DNA of 42,965 nucleotides from a plasmid: sequence record NZ_CP050991.1; one strand, 5' to 3'. Shown piece by piece: positions 1 to 9,748 of this stretch (position 1 is its first letter; each line of letters starts with the position of its first letter). The notes under the pieces were generated by a model. It saw only the letters and a program-made list of their open reading frames with translations, ran no database searches and was not told where the DNA came from. The position numbers and the translations under genes were made by a program.

Positions 1-426
1 GCCTATGGTTTCCACTTCGCCGGCAGCGGCGGGCGTTTCTGCCTTAGGCGCGGCCGCGCTCGGCGCAAGCGCCCCCAGGCCCGGCGAAGCGGTTGCCGAC
101 GCCGCCTCCGCCGCCGGCGCGGCGGGCGCAAGCCGCTGGTCCAGGCTGTCCAACTTGGTCTGCAGTGCCTGCAGGCGCCCCTCGATCTCCTCGTCGCGCT
201 GCTCCAGCGCCAGGAACAGGGGATCGTCTGCGCTGACTTGAATCTTTTCCGGCGGCGCGGGGCGCGCCTGCAGCGCCTGCGCGACCAGCACGCAATCGCA
301 CAGCAGATTGATCAGCAGGTAGTAGTCCTCCTGGGTGGGCAGCGCGCCATGCTGGAACTGCAGTTTGAGCCGGGTGCGCAGCGCTTCCAGGCGGGTCTGT
401 TCGGAGGGGAAGGCGAAGAGGGTCAT
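1..426 (-). CDS. Hypothetical protein, 5' part only (continues past window start). N-terminal coiled-coil-like domain, then an Ala/Pro/Glu-rich low-complexity region
   Basis: ATG at 426 (cat at 424-426 on the plus strand), 11 nt downstream of the stop of the 437..3604 gene. No stop codon before position 1. Hand translation gives MTLFAFPSEQTRLEALRTRLKLQFQHGALPTQEDYYLLINLL...APAAPAAEAASATASPG.... Not listed in the ORF track because it is open-ended. Confidence 0.45.
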   Translation of the reverse strand, partial: MTLFAFPSEQTRLEALRTRLKLQFQHGALPTQEDYYLLINLLCDCVLVAQALQARPAPPEKIQVSADDPLFLALEQRDEEIEGRLQALQTKLDSLDQRLAPAAPAAEAASATASPGLGALAPSAAAPKAETPAAAGEVETIG

Positions 427-436
427 GGGAGTCCTA

Positions 437-3400
437 TCAGAGGGGAATGGCATGGTCGATGCCAACGCGGCTGGTGCCGATTGGCGAGGAGAGGAAGGTC
501 GGGAGCGGGAAGGCCACGTCGAAATCGAATTCGATCTCCATCACGCCTATGCCTTCGAAAAGCTGGCGGCTGTCCGCGACCTGCACGAACAGATGCTGTT
601 CCGCCGGCACCAGCAGGTCGGCCTGCGCCAGGTAGCCGGGCTGCGCCGCGGTATCCAGCCAGGGCTGGTAATTGGTGATCCACAGGCCCTGCTCGTCTTG
701 ATAAGCGCTGCGCAGCGCCACCACTTCGCTCACTTCCGGCTGCCGGCCGAGAAAATGGCTGATGTCGCTGAGGAACACGGTCTGGCCCAGACCATGGTTG
801 CCCTGCCACGGCGACAGATACTCCACCAGGCGCTGGTTGAGGTTTTGCAGCGTCACGCCGGCGTCGTAGTCGGGGTTCAGCACCAGGACATTGGTGCTGC
901 GGAAAACCCGGTAGCGCGGCGGGCTGACGGTCAGCGTCACCGCCGGCGGCAGGCGTCCGGCCAGGTAGTCGGCGATGTCGGCCTGCAGCTTGCGGCTGGG
1001 CAGCGGCTGCAGCAGGCCGGGGCGATCCGGCTGCGGCGCCACCATCAGCCGTACGCGGGCCGGTCCCGCCGGATCGCGCTCGGCGCGCGCCAGCGCCAGC
1101 TTGGGGAAGCCGTCCAGGACCAGCCGCTCGTAGTCGCGCGCGTTCAGCGCCCGGTTCTTGTGGCTCAGGCGTTCGGCGGCGCGGATGGCGAACTGCCCGC
1201 CGTCCTCGCCGGGATGGCCGTCTTGCGACTGCGCCGGTTGCTGCACGCCCGCCACTTCCGGTTGCGGCGGCAGCAGGCCGCCTATGGTTTGCGCCGGCAA
1301 GGGCGCGGCCAGGTGGGCGTCGTCCGATCCCTGGTAGCGAACCCGCACCGCGTGCAGGTCCAGCCGCTGCAGACGGGAGAACGCCGGCGGCGCGGCCTGC
1401 GTCTCGCTGTCGGCCGGCTGCTCGATGGCGATCCAGCTCAAGCCCTGCGGGTCCTGCCACAGTGCCGGCAAGCGCAGGCGCGCGATGCCGCTGTTGCACA
1501 GGCCGTTGCTCTGGTCGCTCAGCACCGCCGCGATGTCGCCGGCCTGGCCCTGCTTGTCGGTTTGCAGCCGCAGCCAGCCGGCCGGCGTCAAGACTTTCCA
1601 CTGCAGCGCAGCTGCGGGCGGCGCGACGTTCTGGCCGATGACGTCCGGCCGCAGCGTCAGCACGCAGGGCGTGTCCAGCCGGGAGATGCCCAGATACAGT
1701 CCGCTGCCGGCGCCCATCTCGCCGGCCACCGGCGTATATGGCCACAGCGAACTGGTATTGGCCTGCTGCGCCGAGGGCAGCAGGCCGATCGGATGGTATT
1801 GCAACAGCGTCAGATGCTGGCCCAGGGCCGCCTCGCTGGCGTAGCCGACGCTGACCGAAGCCAGCCGCGGAGCGTACGGCGGCGGCAGGAACGCCGGTTG
1901 CGGCGGCTCGCCATCGGGATGCTGACTCCATTTCAGCAGCGCGGCGGTATAGCGCCCGGCGAGCACGCTGCCGGCCTGGGCCTCTTCGGCGTGGCCGAAG
2001 CTGCCGCCGCCGAATTCCAGCGCGAACCAGTTGGGCCATTGCTGCGGATCGGACGGCAGGGTCTCCGGCAGCGGCGCGAGCGCCGCCGCGTCGTCATGCG
2101 CCAAGGCGAAGCGCAAGGTTTCCGCGTCCGCGCCCAGGATGGCTTGGCTGTCGTTTCCGCCGCGGTATCCGCTGGTGGGGTTGGACACCAGGCGGACGGC
2201 CGCGCTGGGCGTCGGCATGCCCACCGCGTCCCGATAGGGCTGGTAATAAGCGGCGAGATCGGCCGGGCGGCCTTCCCAGTTGAGATTGACCTTCAATTCG
2301 GTCAGCGGCTTGCTCCACCACTCGGCCTGCGCCAGCCACAAGCGCTCGCCATTTCTCACCGGTCCGGGAAAGGCGTCGAAGGCGGCGCTGACGTCGACCA
2401 CGCCCTGGCTGTTGCGCGCCGCTTGCAGCGGCAGGCCATCGCATTCGGCACGCAAAGCGAGCTCGGCCCACTGCAGGCCTTGCCAGACGTTCAGGCCGAG
2501 CAGATTGCCGTCGCCGTCGGCGCGCAAGGTCAGATCCAGCCAGGGCGACGCGCCGTCGGCGCCGCTGAGCGCAGGCTGCGCGGCAGTCAAGGTCCAGCAC
2601 ATCTCCAATCGCTGCTTACGCCATCGCAAGGCAGCCGGGCCCAGCGGCAGGCTGCCGTCGGCCAGGCTGGCTCGAGCTTGCCAGTACTGGTTGAAGCAGG
2701 CGGCGAGCGCGGGCAGGCTGTTGTCGGCCAGCCCGCCGACCCGCCGCAAAGCCTGCGTCCAGGCTTGGCTTTCCGCGGTGCCGAATACGAGCGAGACCGC
2801 GCGCGGGCCGGACGCCAGCGCCAGCAGCGGCGACAGCAGCCGGATGCCGAGAGTTTGCCGTTGCTCGCGCGCCGGATCCAACGCCGGGCGGGGCGTTTCG
2901 CCGACGACCTGGTTGCCGCCCGCCGCCCAGTCCAGGCCGCCGGCCACGTCAAGGCAGCGGCGGCGCAGCAATTGCGCCTGGGCGAGTCCGGACACCGGCG
3001 CCCGGCTTTGCCCCAGGCTGATCGCCTGTTGCAAAGCGGCATGGGTCAAAGGCAGCGCGTCCAGGCTGCTGTACAGCCGTTGAACGCCGTTGGCGTCCAG
3101 GCCGGCGTCGAAGCCGCTGCCGGCCGGCAGGGTGAAGGCGGTGAAATCATCGTTCAGCGTCAGCAACACGTCGGCTTCGTCCGGTTTCCCGGCCTTGGGC
3201 GACAAGGCTAGCCGGCGGCGGTAATAGTCCTGGCGATGGCGCTCGGTCAGCGCGGCGAAGGCCGCCCGCGGGTGGCGCTGCAAACGCAGGAAAGCCAGCA
3301 GCAGCGCCATGTCTGCTTGGGCGGCGCGGGTCTGCAGGGCCGGCGGCAAGGGCGCGCCCTGATCCACCCAGGCGGCCAGCGCCGGCCAGTGCTCCGGCGA

Positions 3401-3604
3401 CGGCAGCAGGCCGCTCCAGCGTCCGGCTTCCTGGCCGTCCAGCCCGTAAAAGCGCAGGCGGCCCGCCAGCGCCTGCCACACCGCCAGCCAATCCTGGCTG
3501 CCGCGCTCTTCCACGCTGAAAGTGGCCGGGTCTTGTGCCGCCAGGGCGCGCTGCGCTTGCAGGCTGCCGCTGGACGGAGAAATATTTGGGATATCGGAAA
3601 GCAT
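437..3604 (-). CDS. Large baseplate protein, baseplate-J/gp6-like (Afp11/Pvc11 position)
   Basis: 1055-aa ORF immediately downstream of the PAAR-like and gp25-like genes in the same operon, which is the position of the baseplate J-like component in Afp/PVC clusters. Sequence-level similarity was not verified. Confidence 0.5.
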   Translation of the reverse strand: MLSDIPNISPSSGSLQAQRALAAQDPATFSVEERGSQDWLAVWQALAGRLRFYGLDGQEAGRWSGLLPSPEHWPALAAWVDQGAPLPPALQTRAAQADMALLLAFLRLQRHPRAAFAALTERHRQDYYRRRLALSPKAGKPDEADVLLTLNDDFTAFTLPAGSGFDAGLDANGVQRLYSSLDALPLTHAALQQAISLGQSRAPVSGLAQAQLLRRRCLDVAGGLDWAAGGNQVVGETPRPALDPAREQRQTLGIRLLSPLLALASGPRAVSLVFGTAESQAWTQALRRVGGLADNSLPALAACFNQYWQARASLADGSLPLGPAALRWRKQRLEMCWTLTAAQPALSGADGASPWLDLTLRADGDGNLLGLNVWQGLQWAELALRAECDGLPLQAARNSQGVVDVSAAFDAFPGPVRNGERLWLAQAEWWSKPLTELKVNLNWEGRPADLAAYYQPYRDAVGMPTPSAAVRLVSNPTSGYRGGNDSQAILGADAETLRFALAHDDAAALAPLPETLPSDPQQWPNWFALEFGGGSFGHAEEAQAGSVLAGRYTAALLKWSQHPDGEPPQPAFLPPPYAPRLASVSVGYASEAALGQHLTLLQYHPIGLLPSAQQANTSSLWPYTPVAGEMGAGSGLYLGISRLDTPCVLTLRPDVIGQNVAPPAAALQWKVLTPAGWLRLQTDKQGQAGDIAAVLSDQSNGLCNSGIARLRLPALWQDPQGLSWIAIEQPADSETQAAPPAFSRLQRLDLHAVRVRYQGSDDAHLAAPLPAQTIGGLLPPQPEVAGVQQPAQSQDGHPGEDGGQFAIRAAERLSHKNRALNARDYERLVLDGFPKLALARAERDPAGPARVRLMVAPQPDRPGLLQPLPSRKLQADIADYLAGRLPPAVTLTVSPPRYRVFRSTNVLVLNPDYDAGVTLQNLNQRLVEYLSPWQGNHGLGQTVFLSDISHFLGRQPEVSEVVALRSAYQDEQGLWITNYQPWLDTAAQPGYLAQADLLVPAEQHLFVQVADSRQLFEGIGVMEIEFDFDVAFPLPTFLSSPIGTSRVGIDHAIPL

Positions 3605-3634
3605 GGCGGACTCGGGAAAGGGTAGGAAAGGGCG

Positions 3635-4075
3635 TCAGACGGTTTTCAGCTTGGCGGGCGGCGCGATGGGGGTGCCGCCCTGCGGCGCCTTGTATTCGCT
3701 ATTGCTGTCCGGTTGCGGCGGCGCCGGCGGCGGATTGGGCTTCATCGCCGGCGCGGTGCGTTTGCCTTTGATCGGCGCCGCCTCCTTCAGCAGAACCTTC
3801 TTGCCGGTCACTTGCAGCTTGGTGCTGAGCTGCCCGCTTTTTTCCTTGTCGGCTTGCAGCAGCAGCACGCCGGGAATGGCGAAGGCGCCGGCCATGTACG
3901 GCGCCGGCAGCTTGGGTTTGGAGATGTCCCCCTCCAGCGCCACCGGCTTGCCGTTCACCTTGAGCTTGCGGCCGCTGCCCTTCAGCGGCAACGGCACCGG
4001 CGCCAACAACATGGCCTGGCCCAGCATGCCCTTGCACAGCACCTGATCGCCGCTGGCCAGCACTTGCTTGCTCAT
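3635..4075 (-). CDS. PAAR-like spike-tip protein (Afp10-like)
   Basis: 146 aa. N-terminal ASGDQVLCKG and later KVNGKPVALEGD resemble degenerate PAAR repeats (xVNGxPAARxGD). ATGA overlap with the gp25-like gene. Sits between the gp25-like and baseplate genes. Confidence 0.5.
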   Translation of the reverse strand: MSKQVLASGDQVLCKGMLGQAMLLAPVPLPLKGSGRKLKVNGKPVALEGDISKPKLPAPYMAGAFAIPGVLLLQADKEKSGQLSTKLQVTGKKVLLKEAAPIKGKRTAPAMKPNPPPAPPQPDSNSEYKAPQGGTPIAPPAKLKTV

Positions 4076-4470
4076 AGCGATGCCTCGGTCAGATAGAAGG
4101 GGTAGACCAGATTGTTGCGGGTGTTGGTGTCGCGCACGGTGTAGTCGACGGTCAGCAGCACGCAGCCCGGATCGTCGCCCTGGACGGCGGACACGCTATC
4201 GACGTCGATGCGGGGCTCCAGCTTGAGCAAGGCGTCCTGCACGCTGTGCTCCAGCTCATACAAGGTGGCGGAGTCGATGCCGGCGAACAAGGTCAGCGCC
4301 AGTTGCGAGCCAAAGTCCGCGCGCATCACCCGCTCGCCCGGCGCTGTGCCCAGAATCAGGCGGATGGACTGCTGCACCAGCGGCTCGCCGGCCAGTTGCA
4401 CAGGCAGGCCCGGCTGGCTGAAGCGCGGCGGAAAGGCCCAGCCCTGGCCCAGAAAAGCGTATTGGTCCAT
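4072..4470 (-). CDS. Baseplate wedge protein, gp25/GPW-like (Afp9-like)
   Basis: 132 aa. SIRLILGTAPGERVMRADFGSQL...LEPRIDVDSVSAV...GCVLLTVDYTV...YPFYL matches the conserved GPW_gp25 pattern (SI..IL.T..GER...FGS.L; EPRI; Y.FYL). Confidence 0.85.
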   Translation of the reverse strand: MDQYAFLGQGWAFPPRFSQPGLPVQLAGEPLVQQSIRLILGTAPGERVMRADFGSQLALTLFAGIDSATLYELEHSVQDALLKLEPRIDVDSVSAVQGDDPGCVLLTVDYTVRDTNTRNNLVYPFYLTEASL

Positions 4471-4480
4471 CTTGCTATCC

Positions 4481-6073
4481 TCAGGAAATGTTGACGCTGC
4501 CGGACACCTTGATGTCGACGTTGCCGTCGCTCTTGATGCTGGCTTTCTTGCCCGACAGGGTGATGCCCTGGTTCGGCCCGTTCAGCGCCGCGCCCTGCTT
4601 CAGAGTGAGGGTGTCCTTGTTCTGGCGCGCGATCAGGCCGTCCTTGTCGGATAGCTTGAGATCGGTCTTGTCGTCGCTGGCCAGGACAATGTTCTTGTCC
4701 TTGGCGTCGAAAGCCAGTTGCAGCTTGTCCTTCTCCAGCACCAGCGCGTGCTTGGGCATTTCCTTGCCGTAGGGAAAGGGCGGCTTTTGCTTGGGGTTGT
4801 GCACCGCGCCCAGAATGGCCGGGTAGTCCCAGCAATCGCCCAGGAAGCCGACGATGACTTCGTCGTCCGGCTGCGGCGGCAGATACAGGCCGCGGCTCTT
4901 CCCCGCCAGCGGGGTGGCCAGCCGCGCCCATACCACGTTGTCCGGTTCGGACAAGCCCTGCAGCTTGACCGGCAAGCGCTGCAGCGCGTCCGGATCGTCC
5001 TTGTAGGGCTGGATCACGCCATGCATCAGCGGCGGCGGCGGCAAGGGCGCCGGCGGGTCGAAGCGCTCGGGATCCAGGCCCAGCTGCAAAGTGGTGCGCA
5101 GGCCCTGGCGGTCCAGCTCGATGCGGACGCCGCCCACCCAATAGGGGCCTTGCAAGGCGGACGGGACCTTGTCTATCTTCACCTGCCCGCCGGGGCTCAC
5201 CGCCAGATAGCCTTCCAACTCGATGCTGCCCTGCTGGAAAGCCAGCGCCGCGCGCGTGGTGCGCGCCCGGGCATCGGCCTCGCATACCGTTTTGCTGGCG
5301 GGATCGCCGCGGCGCAGCTTGACGGTTTTGCGCCCCAGCTTGCCGGCGATGGCCTTGAGCGGGCCGGCGCTCTGGCTGGCTTGGGTGCTGACCGCCTTCT
5401 GCTCCTTGATGCCCCAGGCATCCACCTTGGCGTCCGGAATCGCCGACTCGCCGTTCTGCCCCAGATCCATGCCGATGATCTGGTGTTCGGCCAGCTTCAG
5501 CTGCAAGGGCGAGCCTTTGGCCTGCGGCTTGTGCAGGCTGACGCCGTCCTTGCCGCTGAGTATCACCAGGCCGTTGGCGGCCGCCAGATGGCGGGCGAAC
5601 AGCCAGGGACTGACCGGCGGCAACACCCGCTGCGAGTATTCGACGGCGGCTTGGGCCTGCTCCCCGGCCAGCGTGACGCCGGCTTTCTGCAGCACATCCT
5701 TGAACAGCGCGTCGTCCTTGACCTTGCTGTTCTTGGCGTAGCCCAGCACGCCCTCCCCCGCCTTGATGGCGCTGCAGTGGCAGATCAACTCCATATGCAG
5801 CTGGTGGTCCTCCAGGCAGTAGCGCCGTTCGCTGAGCACGCCGCTGAACAGGGCGAGCGGAACGCTCTGCTCCGGTGGCGTCAGCTGAAAACTGGCCGCG
5901 CTGCCCAGCGCCAGGGTTTCGATCGCCTGGGCCCATTCCGGCTTTTCGTAAAAGCCGGCCTCGACCCGCACGCTAAGCCGCGTCGGCTGATTGGCGCAGG
6001 CTTCGTACTCCAGCCGGTAGATGTCGAAGGTCTTGAGCGTGAGCCCGCCGATCTTGCATTCGATGCCGGTCAT
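4481..6073 (-). CDS. VgrG/gp27-gp5-like central spike protein (Afp8-like)
   Basis: 530 aa. The motif DDEVIVGFLGDCWDYPAILGAVHNPKQKPPFPY is typical of the gp5 OB-fold/VgrG hub region. Followed by a C-terminal beta-rich repeat region. Start overlaps the LysM gene stop (ATGA). Confidence 0.85.
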   Translation of the reverse strand: MTGIECKIGGLTLKTFDIYRLEYEACANQPTRLSVRVEAGFYEKPEWAQAIETLALGSAASFQLTPPEQSVPLALFSGVLSERRYCLEDHQLHMELICHCSAIKAGEGVLGYAKNSKVKDDALFKDVLQKAGVTLAGEQAQAAVEYSQRVLPPVSPWLFARHLAAANGLVILSGKDGVSLHKPQAKGSPLQLKLAEHQIIGMDLGQNGESAIPDAKVDAWGIKEQKAVSTQASQSAGPLKAIAGKLGRKTVKLRRGDPASKTVCEADARARTTRAALAFQQGSIELEGYLAVSPGGQVKIDKVPSALQGPYWVGGVRIELDRQGLRTTLQLGLDPERFDPPAPLPPPPLMHGVIQPYKDDPDALQRLPVKLQGLSEPDNVVWARLATPLAGKSRGLYLPPQPDDEVIVGFLGDCWDYPAILGAVHNPKQKPPFPYGKEMPKHALVLEKDKLQLAFDAKDKNIVLASDDKTDLKLSDKDGLIARQNKDTLTLKQGAALNGPNQGITLSGKKASIKSDGNVDIKVSGSVNIS

Positions 6074-6867
6074 GCCTGGCCCTCCTCGCTGCGATACGGC
6101 GGAAAGGCCACCGTCATGCCGGGGCGAAGCAGGCGCGGGCTGTCCAGATCATTGCTGCGGGCGATTTGCGGCGTGAGGGCGCTGTCGCCGTAGATGCTCC
6201 AGGTTTTCAGGTCCAGCCGGTCGCCGGCCACGATCTGGCGCACATGGGTCAGATCCGGCGAATTGAGCTTGGCGGCCTTGAGCCGCTGCTTGCGGCTGAT
6301 GCATTCGTCGAACTGGCACTCTGCGGCCACCGAGGCGGCCTTGCCGTTGGGTCCCACGCTTTCCGCTTTCAGCCGGATGCTGCGCAGGATGCCCAGGAAT
6401 TTTTTCCGCCCGTAGGGAAACGGCATCGTCTTGTCCCAGGTGAGCGTGAGGAAACGCGGCTGGTGGCTGGCGCCGTCTATGCTGTAGCAGCAGGCGTAAA
6501 GCTGGGTCAGCTGATCCTGGATGCTGCCGAGGCCGGCGGTGAACTTCGCCAGATTGGTGTACACGCCCTCGAACAACAGGAAGGTCACCGTCAACTCGTT
6601 GCTGCCGCCGCCCTGGAAAGACAGGCCGCCGCCGGGACTGCCCAGGCTGCGGTCCTTGGCGTATTCATTGCTGAGAGAAAGCTGCAGGCTCTCGCTGCGG
6701 TAGGCCAAACTCAACGGTTTGCCTTGCAGATTGACGCGCTCGATGTCGCTATAGGCCTGCAGCGTGATTTCCGGCAATTCGTTCGGGTTCATCGGCATTG
6801 CTTGGCATTCCTTCGGAAACGCTACCAGCGCCGCAATTGACGCTGGCGTTGGAGAACCTGCCGCCAT
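6070..6867 (-). CDS. LysM-domain baseplate/tail protein (Afp7/Pvc7-like)
   Basis: 265 aa with a C-terminal LysM-like segment (VRQIVAGDRLDLKTWSIYGDSALTPQIARSNDLDSPRLLRPGMTVAFPP). Alternative starts at 6798 or 6792 (MPMNPNEL) are possible. Confidence 0.65.
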   Translation of the reverse strand: MAAGSPTPASIAALVAFPKECQAMPMNPNELPEITLQAYSDIERVNLQGKPLSLAYRSESLQLSLSNEYAKDRSLGSPGGGLSFQGGGSNELTVTFLLFEGVYTNLAKFTAGLGSIQDQLTQLYACCYSIDGASHQPRFLTLTWDKTMPFPYGRKKFLGILRSIRLKAESVGPNGKAASVAAECQFDECISRKQRLKAAKLNSPDLTHVRQIVAGDRLDLKTWSIYGDSALTPQIARSNDLDSPRLLRPGMTVAFPPYRSEEGQA

Positions 6868-6982
6868 TCGCGGCGCTGGCGCTCGGCGTCGGCCAGACGC
6901 GGTCCGCCAGACGCGGCGGCGGCGGGAGCGACCTGGCGCGACACCACCTCGATGCGCACGCTCAGTTCTTTGATCAGGATGG

Positions 6983-7465
6983 TCACAGTGTGAAAGGCCG
7001 CATGTTCTTGCAGCTGAACGTCATCTTCTCGATGATCAGCTGGCCGTTTTCCGCGTTCAGATCGCCCCAGTCCAAGTCGGTCAGGATGGCGCGCTCAAAC
7101 TTCCAGGCGGCCTTGGGCATCCCTTTCATATCGATGCTGGCCACCAGGATGTCGAACGCCAGCAGGCGCTGGTCCCATAGCTGCAACTGGTTAAGGTTGG
7201 CTAAAGCCAGAGCGGAAACCGCGCCATCGGCGATGGAGGTCAGGCCGCGGCTGAGCGTGAGGCTCTTGGCCTCGTCGGTCTTGATTGACGGGTAGTTTTT
7301 TTCCCAATCCAGCGTGCGCGAAACCGCCAGCCCCGACACCGACTGAAAGCGGACATCGGTCAGGAACGGCATGGTGCCGGCGGTGATGAACACCACGAAG
7401 CGGTAAGCGGGCAGCGGCAAGGGGGGGCTGGCGACCACGCTTACAGCCTTGGCAATCGGTTGCAA
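6983..7465 (-). CDS. Contractile tail tube protein (T4 gp19-like, Afp5/Afp1-like)
   Basis: 160 aa. N-terminal PAYRFVVFI...SVSGLAVSRTLDWEK, the YRF.V / S.SGL pattern shared with the adjacent tube paralog and the phage/eCIS tube family. Confidence 0.75.
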   Translation of the reverse strand: MQPIAKAVSVVASPPLPLPAYRFVVFITAGTMPFLTDVRFQSVSGLAVSRTLDWEKNYPSIKTDEAKSLTLSRGLTSIADGAVSALALANLNQLQLWDQRLLAFDILVASIDMKGMPKAAWKFERAILTDLDWGDLNAENGQLIIEKMTFSCKNMRPFTL

Positions 7466-7483
7466 ATGCGCTCTCCCTGTAAA

Positions 7484-7517
7484 AGTCCGGGCCGCCGAGA
7501 GGCTGCCCGGACTCGGA
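7484..7517 (-). terminator. GC-rich hairpin (9-bp stem 7484-7492 / 7505-7513, 12-nt loop) followed by a short T-run on the minus strand, between the two tube genes. Possible partial terminator or attenuator
   Basis: agtccgggc ... gcccggact read directly from the sequence. On the minus strand the stem is followed by TTTTAC. Confidence 0.3.
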
Positions 7518-7518
7518 C

Positions 7519-7965
7519 TTAGTGGAAGGTGACCGTGATGTCGTCGGCCATCAGCTCCAGCTGCTCCAGCGCCACCTCATTCGAACCGCCGTTGAAGCTG
7601 GGCGCGGTCAGTTTTTTCGGGAAGGCGTTGGAGACACTCCAGGTCACCACCGGCTTCTGGCCGGTGGCGTCGGTCAGGCTGACGGTGATGTCGCGCTTGT
7701 CGACCTGGTTGAGCGAAATGGAGTGAATCCAGTCGTAGAACTGGCTCTTCTTTTTCACCAGGCCGCGCTTGAGCGTGATGTTGATGTCCGACTGCTGGCC
7801 CGGCATGTGGATCTTGCCCAGACCGTGCTTGTAGGTGATGGTGTCGTAGGCGATGTCCAGGCCGGACACCTCGGAAAACGCGATGGATTCCCCGCCGACG
7901 CTGACCACGAAGCGATAGACCGGAATGGGATAGGTATTGGCGATATCTGCGGCTTTGACTGCCAT
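7519..7965 (-). CDS. Contractile tail tube protein (Afp1/Hcp-like paralog)
   Basis: 148 aa. YPIPVYRFVVSVGGESIAFSEVSGLDIAYD is a typical gp19/Afp1 N-terminus. 14 bp downstream of the sheath gene. Confidence 0.8.
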   Translation of the reverse strand: MAVKAADIANTYPIPVYRFVVSVGGESIAFSEVSGLDIAYDTITYKHGLGKIHMPGQQSDINITLKRGLVKKKSQFYDWIHSISLNQVDKRDITVSLTDATGQKPVVTWSVSNAFPKKLTAPSFNGGSNEVALEQLELMADDITVTFH

Positions 7966-7979
7966 GTCAGGCTCCTAGC

Positions 7980-9395
7980 TTAGGCGCTGATGGATTTGTG
8001 GGAGAAGGCCAGCTCGATGAACTCGGCCGGGCGCACGGCGGCAAGGCCGATTTTGATGTTCATGTAACCGTTGTTGATGTCGTCCTCGGTCATGGTGGTG
8101 CCCAGCCCCACCGCCACGTAGAACGCCTGCTCGGCGGTATCGCCGAACAGCGCGCCCTCCTTCCACAGATTGGTCAGATAGGTGTCGATCATCGACTTGA
8201 CCTTGAGCCAGGTCATCGGCGCGTTGGGCTCGAACACGGCGAAGGCGGTGGCCAGCTTCACCGACTCCTCCACCATGTTGAACAGGCGGCGGACGTTGAT
8301 GTAGCGCCATTCGTTGCTGTTGCCGGCCAGCGTGCGGGCGCCCCAGACCAGGGTGCCCTGCCCGGTGAAGGAGCGGATCGCGTTGATCGATTTTCCGCTG
8401 ACCGGATCGATGTTCAGCTTGCCCTGTTGATCGGCGGTGACGACCACGCTCGGTCCGCTGACGGCGGCCAGCGGCACATTGGCCGGCGCCTTCCACACGC
8501 CGCGATCGCCATCGGTCTGCGCGTACACGCCGGCGATGGCGGCGGATGGCGGCAGGACCGGGGACTGCAGGGCCAGGAAAGCCATGATCTGGGCGTACTC
8601 GGCCTGGCCGGTGCTCAGCAGATCCAGCGTGGCCACCGCGTTGCCGCCGCTGTCCTTTACCCCGCTCAACGTGATCTTCTTTTTCTGCGCGGTTTGCTTC
8701 GCCGGATCCGGATCCAGCGCCGGCGTCAGCGTGGTGTTCAGATACGGGTAGTAGGCGGCGCCGTATTTGAGCGTGTCGAGGGTCGCGGTGACCTTGTCGC
8801 GCAGGTTCTGGGCGGCGGTGGCGTGATCGACGGCCGGCACGGTGTCGATCAGCGCGAAGCGATCGCCGAGGTCATGGGCTTGCGTCAGCATGTACTGGGC
8901 AATGTTCTGGTAGTAGTTGGGCAGCGATACCGCCTCCGGCGCCAGCAACAGGGTCACCTCGTCCAGTTCCCTCGCCTTGTCGATGCCCTTGATGAAGTCG
9001 GCTTCCAGGTGAGTGGCGCTGTTGGTCCCGACCGCGATGACATAGGCGTCGCCGCCGCCGTTCAGGTAGAAGTGCTGCACCGCGTAATACAGATAGTTGT
9101 TGGTGATCAGGGCGGCAGAATCGCGGTCATAGGTGAACTGGCCTGGGGACACTTGCTTCACTGTGCCCTGCAGCCATTCGCCCAGGCCAAAATATTTCTG
9201 GTAATCCAGCATCGAGCTGATGCGGCGCGCCACCGGACCCTTGCTCAGGTCTTGCGCTTGGCCGTTATCGTCCAGCGCGGTCTGCACATAGCCGATGAAA
9301 GCGGGGATGGCGGTGGCTACCTGCGCCACCGAGGGCGCCAGGGTGGACACTTCGGTCACATAAACACCCGGCGTGGTATACGGTTTACTAGCCAT
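7980..9395 (-). CDS. Contractile tail sheath protein (Afp2-4/Pvc2-4-like)
   Basis: 471 aa. N-terminal YTTPGVYVTEVS is the hallmark sheath motif. Size and domain order fit a short eCIS/tailocin-type sheath. Confidence 0.9.
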   Translation of the reverse strand: MASKPYTTPGVYVTEVSTLAPSVAQVATAIPAFIGYVQTALDDNGQAQDLSKGPVARRISSMLDYQKYFGLGEWLQGTVKQVSPGQFTYDRDSAALITNNYLYYAVQHFYLNGGGDAYVIAVGTNSATHLEADFIKGIDKARELDEVTLLLAPEAVSLPNYYQNIAQYMLTQAHDLGDRFALIDTVPAVDHATAAQNLRDKVTATLDTLKYGAAYYPYLNTTLTPALDPDPAKQTAQKKKITLSGVKDSGGNAVATLDLLSTGQAEYAQIMAFLALQSPVLPPSAAIAGVYAQTDGDRGVWKAPANVPLAAVSGPSVVVTADQQGKLNIDPVSGKSINAIRSFTGQGTLVWGARTLAGNSNEWRYINVRRLFNMVEESVKLATAFAVFEPNAPMTWLKVKSMIDTYLTNLWKEGALFGDTAEQAFYVAVGLGTTMTEDDINNGYMNIKIGLAAVRPAEFIELAFSHKSISA

Positions 9396-9610
9396 GAAGG
9401 GAAATCCTTAGTCTGGCCCTGGACACGCCGGCCCACCGCTTGGCGATGGGCCGGGTTGCGGGGCGGGGCTGTGGGAAGGGAAAGCGAACGGGGCAGGCGC
9501 TTGCGGACAAGCCTGGAGCCGGAAACGGACTGAGCCGTGAAAGTGAGACTATCTTAGCCGGCGGCCGGCGCTTTGCGACGGCGGCGCATCACCATCTGTG
9601 TGGGCCGAAA

Positions 9611-9736
9611 TCGTCACTTAATCTTTTTCGTTACCCTTTTGCATGCCATAATATAAATGATAGGTTAAGTGACAAATTGAAGCAGCAGACCTCTGACCGC
9701 TCGCTTGATCACATAATCGACCGTATAAGTGACAAT
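9611..9736. promoter_or_regulatory. Three copies of a TTAAGTGAC(A/G)A motif (9613-9621 inverted; 9665-9675 and 9725-9735 direct) in a low-GC region immediately upstream of the serine recombinase gene and of the divergent sheath operon. Candidate res-like recombinase binding site or operator
   Basis: Repeats read directly from the sequence. Small serine resolvases have a three-subsite res site directly upstream of their gene. Confidence 0.35.
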
Positions 9737-9748
9737 GAAAGCCTAACC

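Noticed and set aside
335-3211. 958-aa plus-strand ORF (and similar long ORFs at 20953-23178, 31196-32797, 33498-35132 and 35467-40728 on the plus strand, and 423-2039 on the minus strand)
   Set aside because: They run antisense or out of frame to well-supported eCIS genes in GC-rich DNA. Their translations are Arg/Ala/Gly/Gln-rich low-complexity with no motifs. They are typical GC-driven open frames, not genes.
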